Under the pieces are notes generated by a model, which was not told the DNA's origin, did no database searches, and saw only the letters and a program-made list of their open reading frames with translations. A program made the position numbers and the translations under genes. A stretch of DNA of 64,000 bases. It comes from Candidatus Hadarchaeota archaeon (GTDB taxonomy: Archaea; Hadarchaeota; Hadarchaeia; Hadarchaeales; JAGGTB01). Location: assembly GCA_964384105.1 (NCBI GenBank), contig CAYLJV010000005.1:24576-88575 (forward strand). The letters are read 5' to 3'. Shown one piece after another: positions 1 to 8,850 of this stretch; the first letter of the stretch is position 1, and each line of letters starts with the position of its first letter.

Positions 1-486
1 GGAGTTAAAGGGGCAGTCATATCAGCGGTTACTTTGGTAAAAGGATTGGGGAAGCTTGCCGGAATGGATAGTATAGATGTTCCTGGAGCGACCGGTTATT
101 ATGATACGGATTACGAAAGTAAAGCAGATTATGCTTTGAAAGCTTTGGATGAGCACGATCTGGTTATAGTTCATGTTGAGGCACCTGATGAAGCGGGTCA
201 CTCTGGAGATATTAAACGTAAAATTGAAGCTATAGAAAATTTAGATGAAAGACTATTGAAGAGGATATTGGATAATATTGAAGATGAATATACTATAGTG
301 GTTACAGCTGACCACCCTACCCCAATAAGCGTTAAAAATCACGTTTCAGATCCTGTACCCTTTTGTTTTTTCTCTAGTCGAGAAAATTCAGATGGTTTGG
401 GTTCTTTTGATGAAGAATCTGCTTTGAGGGGTTCAGAAGGAGTTTTAAATGGACATGAACTTATGAGAAGGATAATCGATTCTTAA
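1..486 (+). CDS. apgM: Cofactor-independent phosphoglycerate mutase (ApgM type), C-terminal part; begins before the window
   Basis: Motifs VPGATG, HVEAPDEAGH, TADHPTP and DPVP. Frame 1 is open back to base 1 (GVKGAVISAV...). Confidence 0.85.
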   Translation, partial: GVKGAVISAVTLVKGLGKLAGMDSIDVPGATGYYDTDYESKADYALKALDEHDLVIVHVEAPDEAGHSGDIKRKIEAIENLDERLLKRILDNIEDEYTIVVTADHPTPISVKNHVSDPVPFCFFSSRENSDGLGSFDEESALRGSEGVLNGHELMRRIIDS

Positions 487-562
487 ATTTTTAATTTTAG
501 GAGTTTGCGTCTAAATAAAAAATCAAATAAAGCTATAAGACTCACAATAGTAAGGTGTTCGA

Positions 563-1060
563 TTGAGAGCAAGATTGGAGATGGAACTGGAAGACGTGCC
601 AGGCCAGCTGGTAAATGTTCTTGAGCCAATCTCAAGATTGGGGGCTAATATCCAGAATATAGTTCACAAGAGAGAAGAAAAGACACCTCTCGGTAAGGTA
701 CCAATCACGATTCTTTTGGAATTAGAGAGTAAAAAACTGCTCGATAAGATTGTGGAAGAATTAGAGGAGAGAGGGGCTCGGATAGTTAGAGTTGGGGAGG
801 AGAAGGCGGCCACTTCTACTGTTCTTCTTCTAATTGGTGATATTCTTCAGACGGATATGCGAGATTCGGTATTGAGACTAAATTCAATTGATGGGGCTAG
901 GATTTCTAATCTGAGCATGGCTATTGGCGAGTCAGATGAAGAAAATTCGGCTCGGATTATAGTGGAAGCTAGGAACGAGGAAGTTCTTAAGAAAACAGTT
1001 TCTAGAATGAAGAATATAGCAAAGGAAAAAGATCTTTTATTGATTGAGACTTTAGGGTGA
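563..1060 (+). CDS. Tandem ACT-domain protein, probable allosteric partner of homoserine dehydrogenase
   Basis: LEDVPGQL...GANI ACT signature; lies directly upstream of hom, as is common in archaea. Confidence 0.75.
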   Translation: MRARLEMELEDVPGQLVNVLEPISRLGANIQNIVHKREEKTPLGKVPITILLELESKKLLDKIVEELEERGARIVRVGEEKAATSTVLLLIGDILQTDMRDSVLRLNSIDGARISNLSMAIGESDEENSARIIVEARNEEVLKKTVSRMKNIAKEKDLLLIETLG

Positions 1061-1064
1061 TTTT

Positions 1065-2075
1065 TTGAAACTAGCTTTGATTGGATATGGTAATCTGGGG
1101 AAAGGACTATCTAAGATTCTATTGGAGAAGAAGGAGTATCTGAAGAAATACAAGGGATTCGATCCTAAAGTAGTTGCCGCAGTGGATACTAAGGGGGCGG
1201 CTATGGATCCAAATGGGCTCGATTTAGGTGAATTACTGGAAGTTTCAGAGGAGAAAGGAACAGTCACAGCTTATGGGGGTGCAGAAGAGGGTGTCTCTTC
1301 TTTCGATGTAATACAGGATGCTGATTACGATATTTTAGTGGAACTTACTCCGACAGATATTGACGAGGGTGAGCCAGGACTTTCTCACATAAAAGAGGCG
1401 ATGAATCGTGAGAGACACGTTGTAACTTCCAATAAAGGTCCACTCGTAGTTTCTTTCCATGAGTTAGAAACCCTTTCAGAGGAAAAGAAAATCGAGTTCA
1501 GATACTCCGCTACGGTTGGTGGCGCTGTTCCAATAATCGGCCTGGCTCAGAAACAGCTGTATGGAGATACTATTCAAGAGATTAGAGGTGTTTTGAATGG
1601 GACTACGAATTATGTTCTTACTAGAATGGCAGAAGAGGGAACACCTTTCGATGTGATTCTACATGAGGCCCAAGAACTAGGAATAGCTGAAAAGGATCCA
1701 ACTCTCGATATTGAAGGTATTGATACTGCTTCTAAAATGACCATATTAACGAATGCGTTGTTGGATAGAAAGGTGGGTCTCGATGACGTAAGTGTTGAAG
1801 GTATCACTCGGATTGGTCCGGAGGTCTTAAGACTAGCTAAAGATACCGGAAAAGAGGTTCGACTGGTGGGAATAGCTAGTTCCGATACTTTAGAAGTAGC
1901 ACCAAAGCTTGTTCCTTCTGGTAATCCTCTAGCAGTAACGGGTACTTTAAACTCCGTTACTTTGGAGACGGACCTTGCTAGAGAGGTTACTATAACCGGT
2001 TTTGGAGCAGGACCAATAGAGACTTCTAGTTCTATACTATCTGATATAGTGGATGTATATCTCTCTGTTAGGTAA
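1065..2075 (+). CDS. hom: Homoserine dehydrogenase
   Basis: GYGNLG Rossmann motif, HVVTSNKGP, ATVGGAVP, LNGTTNY, GAGPIET. Confidence 0.95.
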   Translation: MKLALIGYGNLGKGLSKILLEKKEYLKKYKGFDPKVVAAVDTKGAAMDPNGLDLGELLEVSEEKGTVTAYGGAEEGVSSFDVIQDADYDILVELTPTDIDEGEPGLSHIKEAMNRERHVVTSNKGPLVVSFHELETLSEEKKIEFRYSATVGGAVPIIGLAQKQLYGDTIQEIRGVLNGTTNYVLTRMAEEGTPFDVILHEAQELGIAEKDPTLDIEGIDTASKMTILTNALLDRKVGLDDVSVEGITRIGPEVLRLAKDTGKEVRLVGIASSDTLEVAPKLVPSGNPLAVTGTLNSVTLETDLAREVTITGFGAGPIETSSSILSDIVDVYLSVR

Positions 2076-2603
2076 TGAGAGAGTGTCTTTAACTTCCGGA
2101 GATTTGGATATGTTTTGGTATTCTATTTTTAGTGAAGATTCTCATTTATCTCGCCCAAAAAGAACGATTTAAAATTCGGTTTTTCTCCGATCCCCCTCAA
2201 TTTTCAAAAACCGAGAACCTTTATTTCCAGTGTTTCGAGTGGAAGACCGGAAATTAGATTTTCATTTTCTGAATAAATGGGATTTTTGGTTTCTTTCTCT
2301 TCCGAATAGGAGGAGGATTTTTTCTGGGAAAAGAGAGTTTTTTTACTTTCACTCACCCCTCCCAGAAAAGCTATTCAATTTTTCTTGGAACAAAGAACTA
2401 TCAGCTCTCAATTTGGTGAATAGAGTGAATGTTTTCAATTTGGTGTCGGGGTCAAAGACTTTGAGTGGGTGTTGTTTTGTGCTTTCGGTTAATGATGATA
2501 GTAAAATAATTTCACAAATTTCAGAAAAAGGTGTAATCTTTACACCCAAATCTCATAAAAAGGATAACGAAAATTTCGTTCATGCAGTCGGAGGCTGAGG
2601 AAT
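2076..2603. other. Candidate replication origin or regulatory region upstream of the replisome operon
   Basis: Unusually long gap for this compact genome, upstream of mcm-gins-cdc6. It holds several inverted repeats and one mini-ORB-like site (TTCGAGTGGAA, about 2234-2244). Confidence 0.4.
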
Positions 2604-4622
2604 TTGGACGAGGATATAGGGCAGAGGTTAGAAGAGCTTTTGAGTAGCAGTGAAATAGCAGATGAATTACAGAAGCTTTCTTCAAAAGGTAAGAGGTCAC
2701 TTGTTCTAGATTTTGATCGTTTGTTTGAAGAGGATACTGATCTTGCTAACTATCTCCTTGATAATCCATCTAAGTTTTTAGAGAAGGCAGATTCTATTCT
2801 AAAAGACATAACTGAAATACCGGGCTTTCATTTACGGATTAAAAACCTGGATGAAACTGTTGATATAAGACAGGTAAGAGCCAGTGACGTGGGCAAATTC
2901 ATACAGTTAGAGGGTATTTTGACTCGGGCCAGCGATATAAAGCCGGAAATCAAGGTTGCTACTTTCAAGTGCCTTAAGTGTGGGGAGAGGAATAGGGTTC
3001 AACAACCTGGTGAGATGTTCAGGGAACCCCAAGTTTGTCAGAATCCGAACTGTTCGAAGAAAGGACCATTTAAGCTTGAGGCCGAGGACTCAGAATTTGT
3101 AGATTGGCAGAGCCTTAGAGTACAGGAGTTACCGGAGAAACTTAGAGGTGGTAGAATCCCTCGTTATATCAATGCCATAGCTAGGGATGATATTGTTGAT
3201 GAAGGGGTACCAGGTAACCAAGTTCTGATTACGGGCATTCTCAGAGCATTTCAGGAGTCCAAAAGAAACAAGAAAAAAACGACTTTCCAAAAAGTTCTTG
3301 AAATAAATTATATCAAAGTTAAGGAAAAGAGTGTAGAAGAGACAGAGCTCTCAGAAGAAGACGAAGAATGGATCGAGGATTTAAAGCAGAATCACCGAGT
3401 TAGAAATATTTTCATAAATTCTATTGCACCTAGTATTTTCGGTTACGAAAAAATCAAGGAAGCTATTGCTCTTCAGTTAGTTGGGTCTCCCGCTGTTGAA
3501 CTTCCGGATGGGTCGAGGATTAGAGGTGATAGTCATATTTTGATGACGGGGGATCCTGGAACGGCTAAGAGCCAACTCCTAAAGTGGACGAACAAAGTTA
3601 CACCTAGAGGAGTGTATACTTCGGGTAAGAAGGCGACTGGAGCGGGGTTGACTGCTGCTGCCGTTAGAGATGAGATGACTGGTGGTTGGACTCTTGAGGC
3701 AGGTGCTTTGGCCATAGGAGATGGTGGAATGGCTTGTATAGATGAGTTTGATAAGATGTCTGATGAGGATTCGGGTGCTATTTTGGAATCCATGGAGCAA
3801 CAAACTATTAGTGTGGCCAAGGCAGGTATTGTAGCAACTTTGAATACAAGAACAGCTATACTAGCAGCGGCTAACCCAAGGTTGGGTAGATTTGATAGAT
3901 ATGATCCTATTCCTCAACAGATAGATTTACCGGCTTTGATTCTATCCAGATTTGATTTGATATTTGTCTTGAGAGATGTTCCAAAGGAGGAGAAGGATCG
4001 GGATCTTGCGAAGCATATGTTGAATCTTCAGAGTAGTCCTGACAAGGTTGTCAAACCAGATTTGACTCAGGAGGAGCTTAGGAAATTAATAATTTATGCT
4101 AAAAAGTACGTTCATCCCAAATTTAAGAGCGAAGAGGTAAAGAAGAAATTAGAAGACTTTTTCGTTCAGTGGAGGAAGGTTGCTGGTGGAGAAATAGCTT
4201 CTGAAGAAGAAGCTGTTCCTATAACCGCTCGGCAGTTAGAAGCATTAGTGAGGTTGGCTAAGTCGAATGCACGACTAAGATTAGCCGATGAAGTTACAGT
4301 TGAGGATGCGGATAGAGCTATCGGGATTTTTAGGGCCTCACTCAGACAACTTGGTATAGAGGATGAGTCGGGTAAAACCGATATAGATCTTCTGATGACC
4401 GGTCACTCTAGAACCCAACACGAAAAACTCCAGAGAATTATGGAGATTATTGATGATTTGGAGAAGGATTACGAAGACGGAGCCCCCATCAAATTGGTCA
4501 AGCAAGAGGCAAGATCAGAGGGAATTGATCAAGAGTTTGTGGAAGAGATGATCCGCAGAGAAAAAAGAAACGGCAGACTTTACTCTCCAAGTGAGGAAGT
4601 AATCAGTCGGGCTACGAGGTGA
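2604..4622 (+). CDS. mcm: Replicative MCM helicase, no intein
   Basis: Zn finger CLKC/CQNPNC, GDPGTAKSQ Walker A, CIDEFDKM, SRFD arginine finger, ITARQLE. Confidence 0.97.
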   Translation: MDEDIGQRLEELLSSSEIADELQKLSSKGKRSLVLDFDRLFEEDTDLANYLLDNPSKFLEKADSILKDITEIPGFHLRIKNLDETVDIRQVRASDVGKFIQLEGILTRASDIKPEIKVATFKCLKCGERNRVQQPGEMFREPQVCQNPNCSKKGPFKLEAEDSEFVDWQSLRVQELPEKLRGGRIPRYINAIARDDIVDEGVPGNQVLITGILRAFQESKRNKKKTTFQKVLEINYIKVKEKSVEETELSEEDEEWIEDLKQNHRVRNIFINSIAPSIFGYEKIKEAIALQLVGSPAVELPDGSRIRGDSHILMTGDPGTAKSQLLKWTNKVTPRGVYTSGKKATGAGLTAAAVRDEMTGGWTLEAGALAIGDGGMACIDEFDKMSDEDSGAILESMEQQTISVAKAGIVATLNTRTAILAAANPRLGRFDRYDPIPQQIDLPALILSRFDLIFVLRDVPKEEKDRDLAKHMLNLQSSPDKVVKPDLTQEELRKLIIYAKKYVHPKFKSEEVKKKLEDFFVQWRKVAGGEIASEEEAVPITARQLEALVRLAKSNARLRLADEVTVEDADRAIGIFRASLRQLGIEDESGKTDIDLLMTGHSRTQHEKLQRIMEIIDDLEKDYEDGAPIKLVKQEARSEGIDQEFVEEMIRREKRNGRLYSPSEEVISRATR

Positions 4623-4626
4623 TTTT

Positions 4627-5178
4627 ATGGAGCAAGTTGTGAAGATATTACAAGATTTTCCGGAAGTAAGATTGGTAGGGAGAAACTTGGGGTCTTTCTC
4701 GGAAGGGGAGGAGGTAAGCCTTAAGGTTTGGGAAGCTTCTCTTCTTGAGGAGAGGGGGATAGCAAAACCTGTTGATGATTTTTCCGTAGTAGGAATTCGT
4801 AAGATGCTTATGAGGGAACAAAGATCTTCAGAGTTGAAAAAGATCCCTTCTAATTTTTATCACATTATTTCAAATAAGATCGAAAAGTTGAGACGTGAAG
4901 AAGAATTCGAGAAGGCTGAGGAAGTAAAGAAAATAATTAAGTCTTTAAGCAAGATCAGACTACAAAAAATTGCGAGAATTTCTTTGTCCTCTGATTCTAC
5001 TACAGATACGTCTTATATGGAAACTTTCTTTGTGAATAGACTTAATCATGTTCTTAAAATATGGAGACAACGGCTGGACCGTCTCCTAGAAGAAACCTAT
5101 AAAGAGGAGGTAGGTGCCCATAAAGGAGGAATCAGGAGGAGTATTCCGAGAGTTGTTGAAAACACAGCAGATATTTAA
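4627..5178 (+). CDS. GINS subunit (Gins23-like, B-A domain order)
   Basis: N-terminal B-domain pattern LGSFSEGEEVSLKVWEASLLEERG followed by a helical A domain; directly downstream of mcm. Confidence 0.7.
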   Translation: MEQVVKILQDFPEVRLVGRNLGSFSEGEEVSLKVWEASLLEERGIAKPVDDFSVVGIRKMLMREQRSSELKKIPSNFYHIISNKIEKLRREEEFEKAEEVKKIIKSLSKIRLQKIARISLSSDSTTDTSYMETFFVNRLNHVLKIWRQRLDRLLEETYKEEVGAHKGGIRRSIPRVVENTADI

Positions 5179-6397
5179 GAATAGAGAATATTTAAGACCG
5201 ACATATATACCCGAAAACTTGCCCCATCGGGGTGAGGAGATAGACCAATTAGCTAGGATATGGGTAGCACCCCTTAGAGGAGAGACTCCTTCGAATGTCT
5301 TTGTCTATGGAAAGACGGGCACAGGGAAGACTGCGACCGTAAAATACTTAATGGGCGAGCTGGAAGAGACTGCAGATGATTTTTCTCGAGAGATAAGAGT
5401 TGCTTATCTTAATTGCGAAGTTGTTGACACTAAATATAGAGTACTTGCTACTTTATCGAATAAGCTCCGTAGTGAGTTGAGTGATGATTTGAAGGAAGAT
5501 GGGGATTTACCGGATGAAGTTCCAATGACTGGCTGGCCGACGGATGAGGTATACGAAAATCTTCGAAGTATGTTGGATTTTAGGAATCAGATAGTAATAG
5601 TTATTTTAGATGAGATCGATCGATTGGTCTCGAAAGGAACTTCAGATGTTCTTTATCTTCTCACTCGAATAAATTCGGATTTGTCTAGGGCCAAAGTTGG
5701 AGTTGCAGGAATCTCAAATAATCTTAATTTTGTAAATGATTTAGATCCGAGAATTATTAGTAGCCTTGGAGAGGAGGAGGTTATATTTCCTCCATACAAT
5801 GCAGAACAGTTAAAGGATATTCTGATTGAGAGGTCTAGAAAGGGATTTGCTGAGAATGTTATTTCAGAGGGAGTGATAAGCCTTTGTGCGGCCCATGCTG
5901 CCAGAAAGCATGGTGATGCCCGAAGGGCACTAGACCTCCTGAGAAATGCGGGCGAAATTGCAGAGGAGGAGAGAGCTAAAGAAGTTAAGAATAAACATGT
6001 CACTCGCGCAGCCCAGCGAATCGAAAGAGATAGAATGGAAGAAGCGATCAGAACTCTTCCGGATCAATCAAAGTTAATTCTTTTGAGCGTTCTATTGCTT
6101 CAGGAAAGGAAAGCCCGTAAGATAGGAACTGGGGATGTTTACGATGTTTATTCTTCCTTATGCCGACAACATGGGTGGGAAATTTTAACCCGGAGGCGAG
6201 TTAGTGGGCTTCTTTCAGAATTGGACATGATGGGTGTTTTAGATGCAAGAGTGGTCAGTAACGGTCGTTATGGAAGGACTAAGGAAGTTGAGTTGAATGT
6301 TGACCCACTTCAGGTTAAATCGGCGATTCAGGAAGAGATCTATATAAAAAACTTGGATTCTCTTCCCGGACCTAAGCAGACTCGACTCGGAGGATAG
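5114..6397 (+). CDS. cdc6: Orc1/Cdc6 replication initiator
   Basis: YIPENLPHR, GKTGTGKT, ILDEID, HGDARRALDLL and a C-terminal wHTH with GRYGRT. Confidence 0.97.
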   Translation: MPIKEESGGVFRELLKTQQIFKNREYLRPTYIPENLPHRGEEIDQLARIWVAPLRGETPSNVFVYGKTGTGKTATVKYLMGELEETADDFSREIRVAYLNCEVVDTKYRVLATLSNKLRSELSDDLKEDGDLPDEVPMTGWPTDEVYENLRSMLDFRNQIVIVILDEIDRLVSKGTSDVLYLLTRINSDLSRAKVGVAGISNNLNFVNDLDPRIISSLGEEEVIFPPYNAEQLKDILIERSRKGFAENVISEGVISLCAAHAARKHGDARRALDLLRNAGEIAEEERAKEVKNKHVTRAAQRIERDRMEEAIRTLPDQSKLILLSVLLLQERKARKIGTGDVYDVYSSLCRQHGWEILTRRRVSGLLSELDMMGVLDARVVSNGRYGRTKEVELNVDPLQVKSAIQEEIYIKNLDSLPGPKQTRLGG

Positions 6398-6399
6398 AA

Positions 6400-8040
6400 A
6401 TGTCGAAGGCTTCCGAAGTTGTGGATAGATTTATTGATGAAGGAATGCATCTAACTCCAAAAGCTTTAGATTTAATTTTAGAGCGAACAGATTCGAATAT
6501 TTCCCAGGTGATTTCAAAGCTTGATGAAAGAAAAGATCGTCCTAGTATAATCACTGACGAGGTTTTATCTAGAATTTTGGAATCCGACGATACGATTACT
6601 TCCGATGCTTTTGAGCTCTCTTTGCAAGATGAAGATATTGAACCTGCAGAATGTAAAGAAAGTGTTGATACTGAGTCGGGCCATGGTTTTATAGAAGAAA
6701 AAGAGGAGTCGAGACTTCGGAAGAATTTGAAGATTACGAAACATCGTGATCATCAGGATCAGGTTCAAGTTTTGCAAGAAATTACTGGAAAAAGTACTAG
6801 TGAAGGCAAAGTTGAAGACTTCGTTCAATTGTTTAGAGATAGATACGAGAAGCTAAGTTCTATTATCCGTTCTAGGGAGGGATTCCAAAATTACACAGAG
6901 ATTGGCAATGTGGTAAGACATGAAGGTGATACAGTCCATCTGGTGGGATTAGTGAATAGTAAGAGAGAGACAAGAAATAAGGATGCGTGGTTGATAGAGC
7001 TAGAAGATCTTTCAGGAAAGGTTGTTGTTTACGTCAAAGATTCTCAAAGGAATGAGGAAGTTATCGAAAGTATGGGGAAAATAGTTACTGATGAGGTTAT
7101 CGGAGTGAGGGCAAAGGTACCTGATGACCTCCGGACAGGTGATAGAACTCCGCTGGTTTGGGGAAATGAAGTGGTTTGGCCAGATATTCCTATCTCAAGA
7201 TCCCCTTCTTTTGATCAGGATGAATCAGTAGAAGCTTCTGGTTTTGCAGTTCTCGTTTCTGATCTTCATGTTGGTAGTGGAATGTTTCTTCCAAAAGTTT
7301 TTGAAAAATTTCTCGAGTGGCTAAACTGTGAAGCAGGTAACGAGGAACAAAGAAAGATAGCGGAACAGGTGAAATATCTGATAATTGCAGGAGATTTAGT
7401 CGACGGAATTGGAATCTATCCCGGTCAGCAGAAGGAACTTGAAATAGAGAATATAGAGGATCAGTATATGAAGGTAGCTGATTATTTGTCTCAAGTTCCA
7501 GATAGGATAAATATTATCGCTTCTCCCGGAAACCATGATGCCGTTAGACTAGCTGAACCTCAGCCTTGTTTGTATTCCGAAGTGGCAAATCCTCTGCGAG
7601 AAATAGGAGTGAAGTTGGTAGGAAATCCTGCTCTTTTGGATATCGAGGGTATTAAGTTTCTTGTATATCACGGAATGGGTTTCGATGACTTATTTTCGGC
7701 AGTTTCTGGTTTAGATCGGAAGGATGTTGTCACTCCGATGAAAGAGATTTTGAGAAGAAGACATTTAGCTCCTATTTATGGAGAACCTATGGGAGGAAGG
7801 ACGCCTATAGCGCCTGAGAAAGAAGACTATTTAGTAATTGATGAAGTGCCAGATGTCTTACATTGTGGCCATCTACATAGGTATGGGTGCGGAGAATATC
7901 GAGGAGTTCTAATGGTTAATTCAGCCACTTTCCAGGAACAGACTGTATTTATGAAAAGACAGGGGATTGTTCCAACGCCTGGTCGAGTTCCTATAGTTGA
8001 TTTGGAAACAAAGAAAGCGAGGGCGATAAATTTTGCCTAG
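6400..8040 (+). CDS. polB: DNA polymerase D small (proofreading) subunit DP1
   Basis: OB fold plus calcineurin-like motifs SDLHVGS, AGDLVDG, PGNHD, YHG, HLAP, GHLH. Confidence 0.95.
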   Translation: MSKASEVVDRFIDEGMHLTPKALDLILERTDSNISQVISKLDERKDRPSIITDEVLSRILESDDTITSDAFELSLQDEDIEPAECKESVDTESGHGFIEEKEESRLRKNLKITKHRDHQDQVQVLQEITGKSTSEGKVEDFVQLFRDRYEKLSSIIRSREGFQNYTEIGNVVRHEGDTVHLVGLVNSKRETRNKDAWLIELEDLSGKVVVYVKDSQRNEEVIESMGKIVTDEVIGVRAKVPDDLRTGDRTPLVWGNEVVWPDIPISRSPSFDQDESVEASGFAVLVSDLHVGSGMFLPKVFEKFLEWLNCEAGNEEQRKIAEQVKYLIIAGDLVDGIGIYPGQQKELEIENIEDQYMKVADYLSQVPDRINIIASPGNHDAVRLAEPQPCLYSEVANPLREIGVKLVGNPALLDIEGIKFLVYHGMGFDDLFSAVSGLDRKDVVTPMKEILRRRHLAPIYGEPMGGRTPIAPEKEDYLVIDEVPDVLHCGHLHRYGCGEYRGVLMVNSATFQEQTVFMKRQGIVPTPGRVPIVDLETKKARAINFA

Positions 8041-8842
8041 TATAAAAAAAGAGTTCTCTAACTTGGAGGCCTTTCTTTTTGATATGGATGGTGTTCTCTA
8101 CATTGGTGAGTCTCCTATTAGGGGTTCTAAAGAGGCGATCTATTCTCTGAGGCGAGAGGGGAAAAAGATAGCTCTTCTGACTAATAATTCTACTAAGTCC
8201 CGGAAAAGTTACGAAAAGAAATTTTCTGAGGTTGGTCTGGAAATAGATAAATCTAATATAATAACTTCTAGTTATGCTACAGCCCTCTACTTATCCGAGA
8301 ATTACAAAGAAAGGAAGGTTTATGTGATTGGAGAAGCGGGGCTAAAAACTGAGTTGGAGGAGGCGGGATTCGATATTCTTTCCCGAAAGGATTCGAAAAA
8401 CGCAGATTTTGTTGTTGTGGGGATGGATAGAGGACTAACTTACGATAAAATCTGGGGTGGACTATCTGCTCTTCTATCCGGAGCTGAATTTATAGCTACA
8501 AATTCTGACCCAACCTACCCGACCGAGCAGGGCTTATCTCCAGGTGCAGGCGCATCAATAGGTGCACTCTCAGGGTCTTCAAAGAGAGAGCCTTCTACGG
8601 ACATAGGGAAGCCTTCTACCTATATGATTGATACGGCACTTGATATTCTCGGGGTTCCTCGAGAAAAAACCGCGATCGTAGGGGATAGAATAGATATGGA
8701 CATAAAAGCGGGCAACCGAGCGGGTCTTACTTCTATTCTGGTTTTGACCGGTGTAGATGATCGAGATAATGCTAATACTGCTGTGGGAACTGAAGCTGCT
8801 CCAGATTATGTGATTTCCGATCTTCTTGAATTATTAGAGTAG
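8033..8842 (+). CDS. HAD-IIA (NagD-like) phosphatase
   Basis: FDMDGVL, LTNNS, GKPS, VGDRIDMDI. Confidence 0.9.
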   Translation: MPSIKKEFSNLEAFLFDMDGVLYIGESPIRGSKEAIYSLRREGKKIALLTNNSTKSRKSYEKKFSEVGLEIDKSNIITSSYATALYLSENYKERKVYVIGEAGLKTELEEAGFDILSRKDSKNADFVVVGMDRGLTYDKIWGGLSALLSGAEFIATNSDPTYPTEQGLSPGAGASIGALSGSSKREPSTDIGKPSTYMIDTALDILGVPREKTAIVGDRIDMDIKAGNRAGLTSILVLTGVDDRDNANTAVGTEAAPDYVISDLLELLE

Positions 8843-8850
8843 GTGGTTTT

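Noticed and set aside
2230-2598. 122-aa (+) and 66-aa (-) ORFs in the gap before mcm
   Set aside because: F/S/N-rich composition unlike the acidic proteome, no SD, and they overlap the inverted repeats; treated as non-coding.
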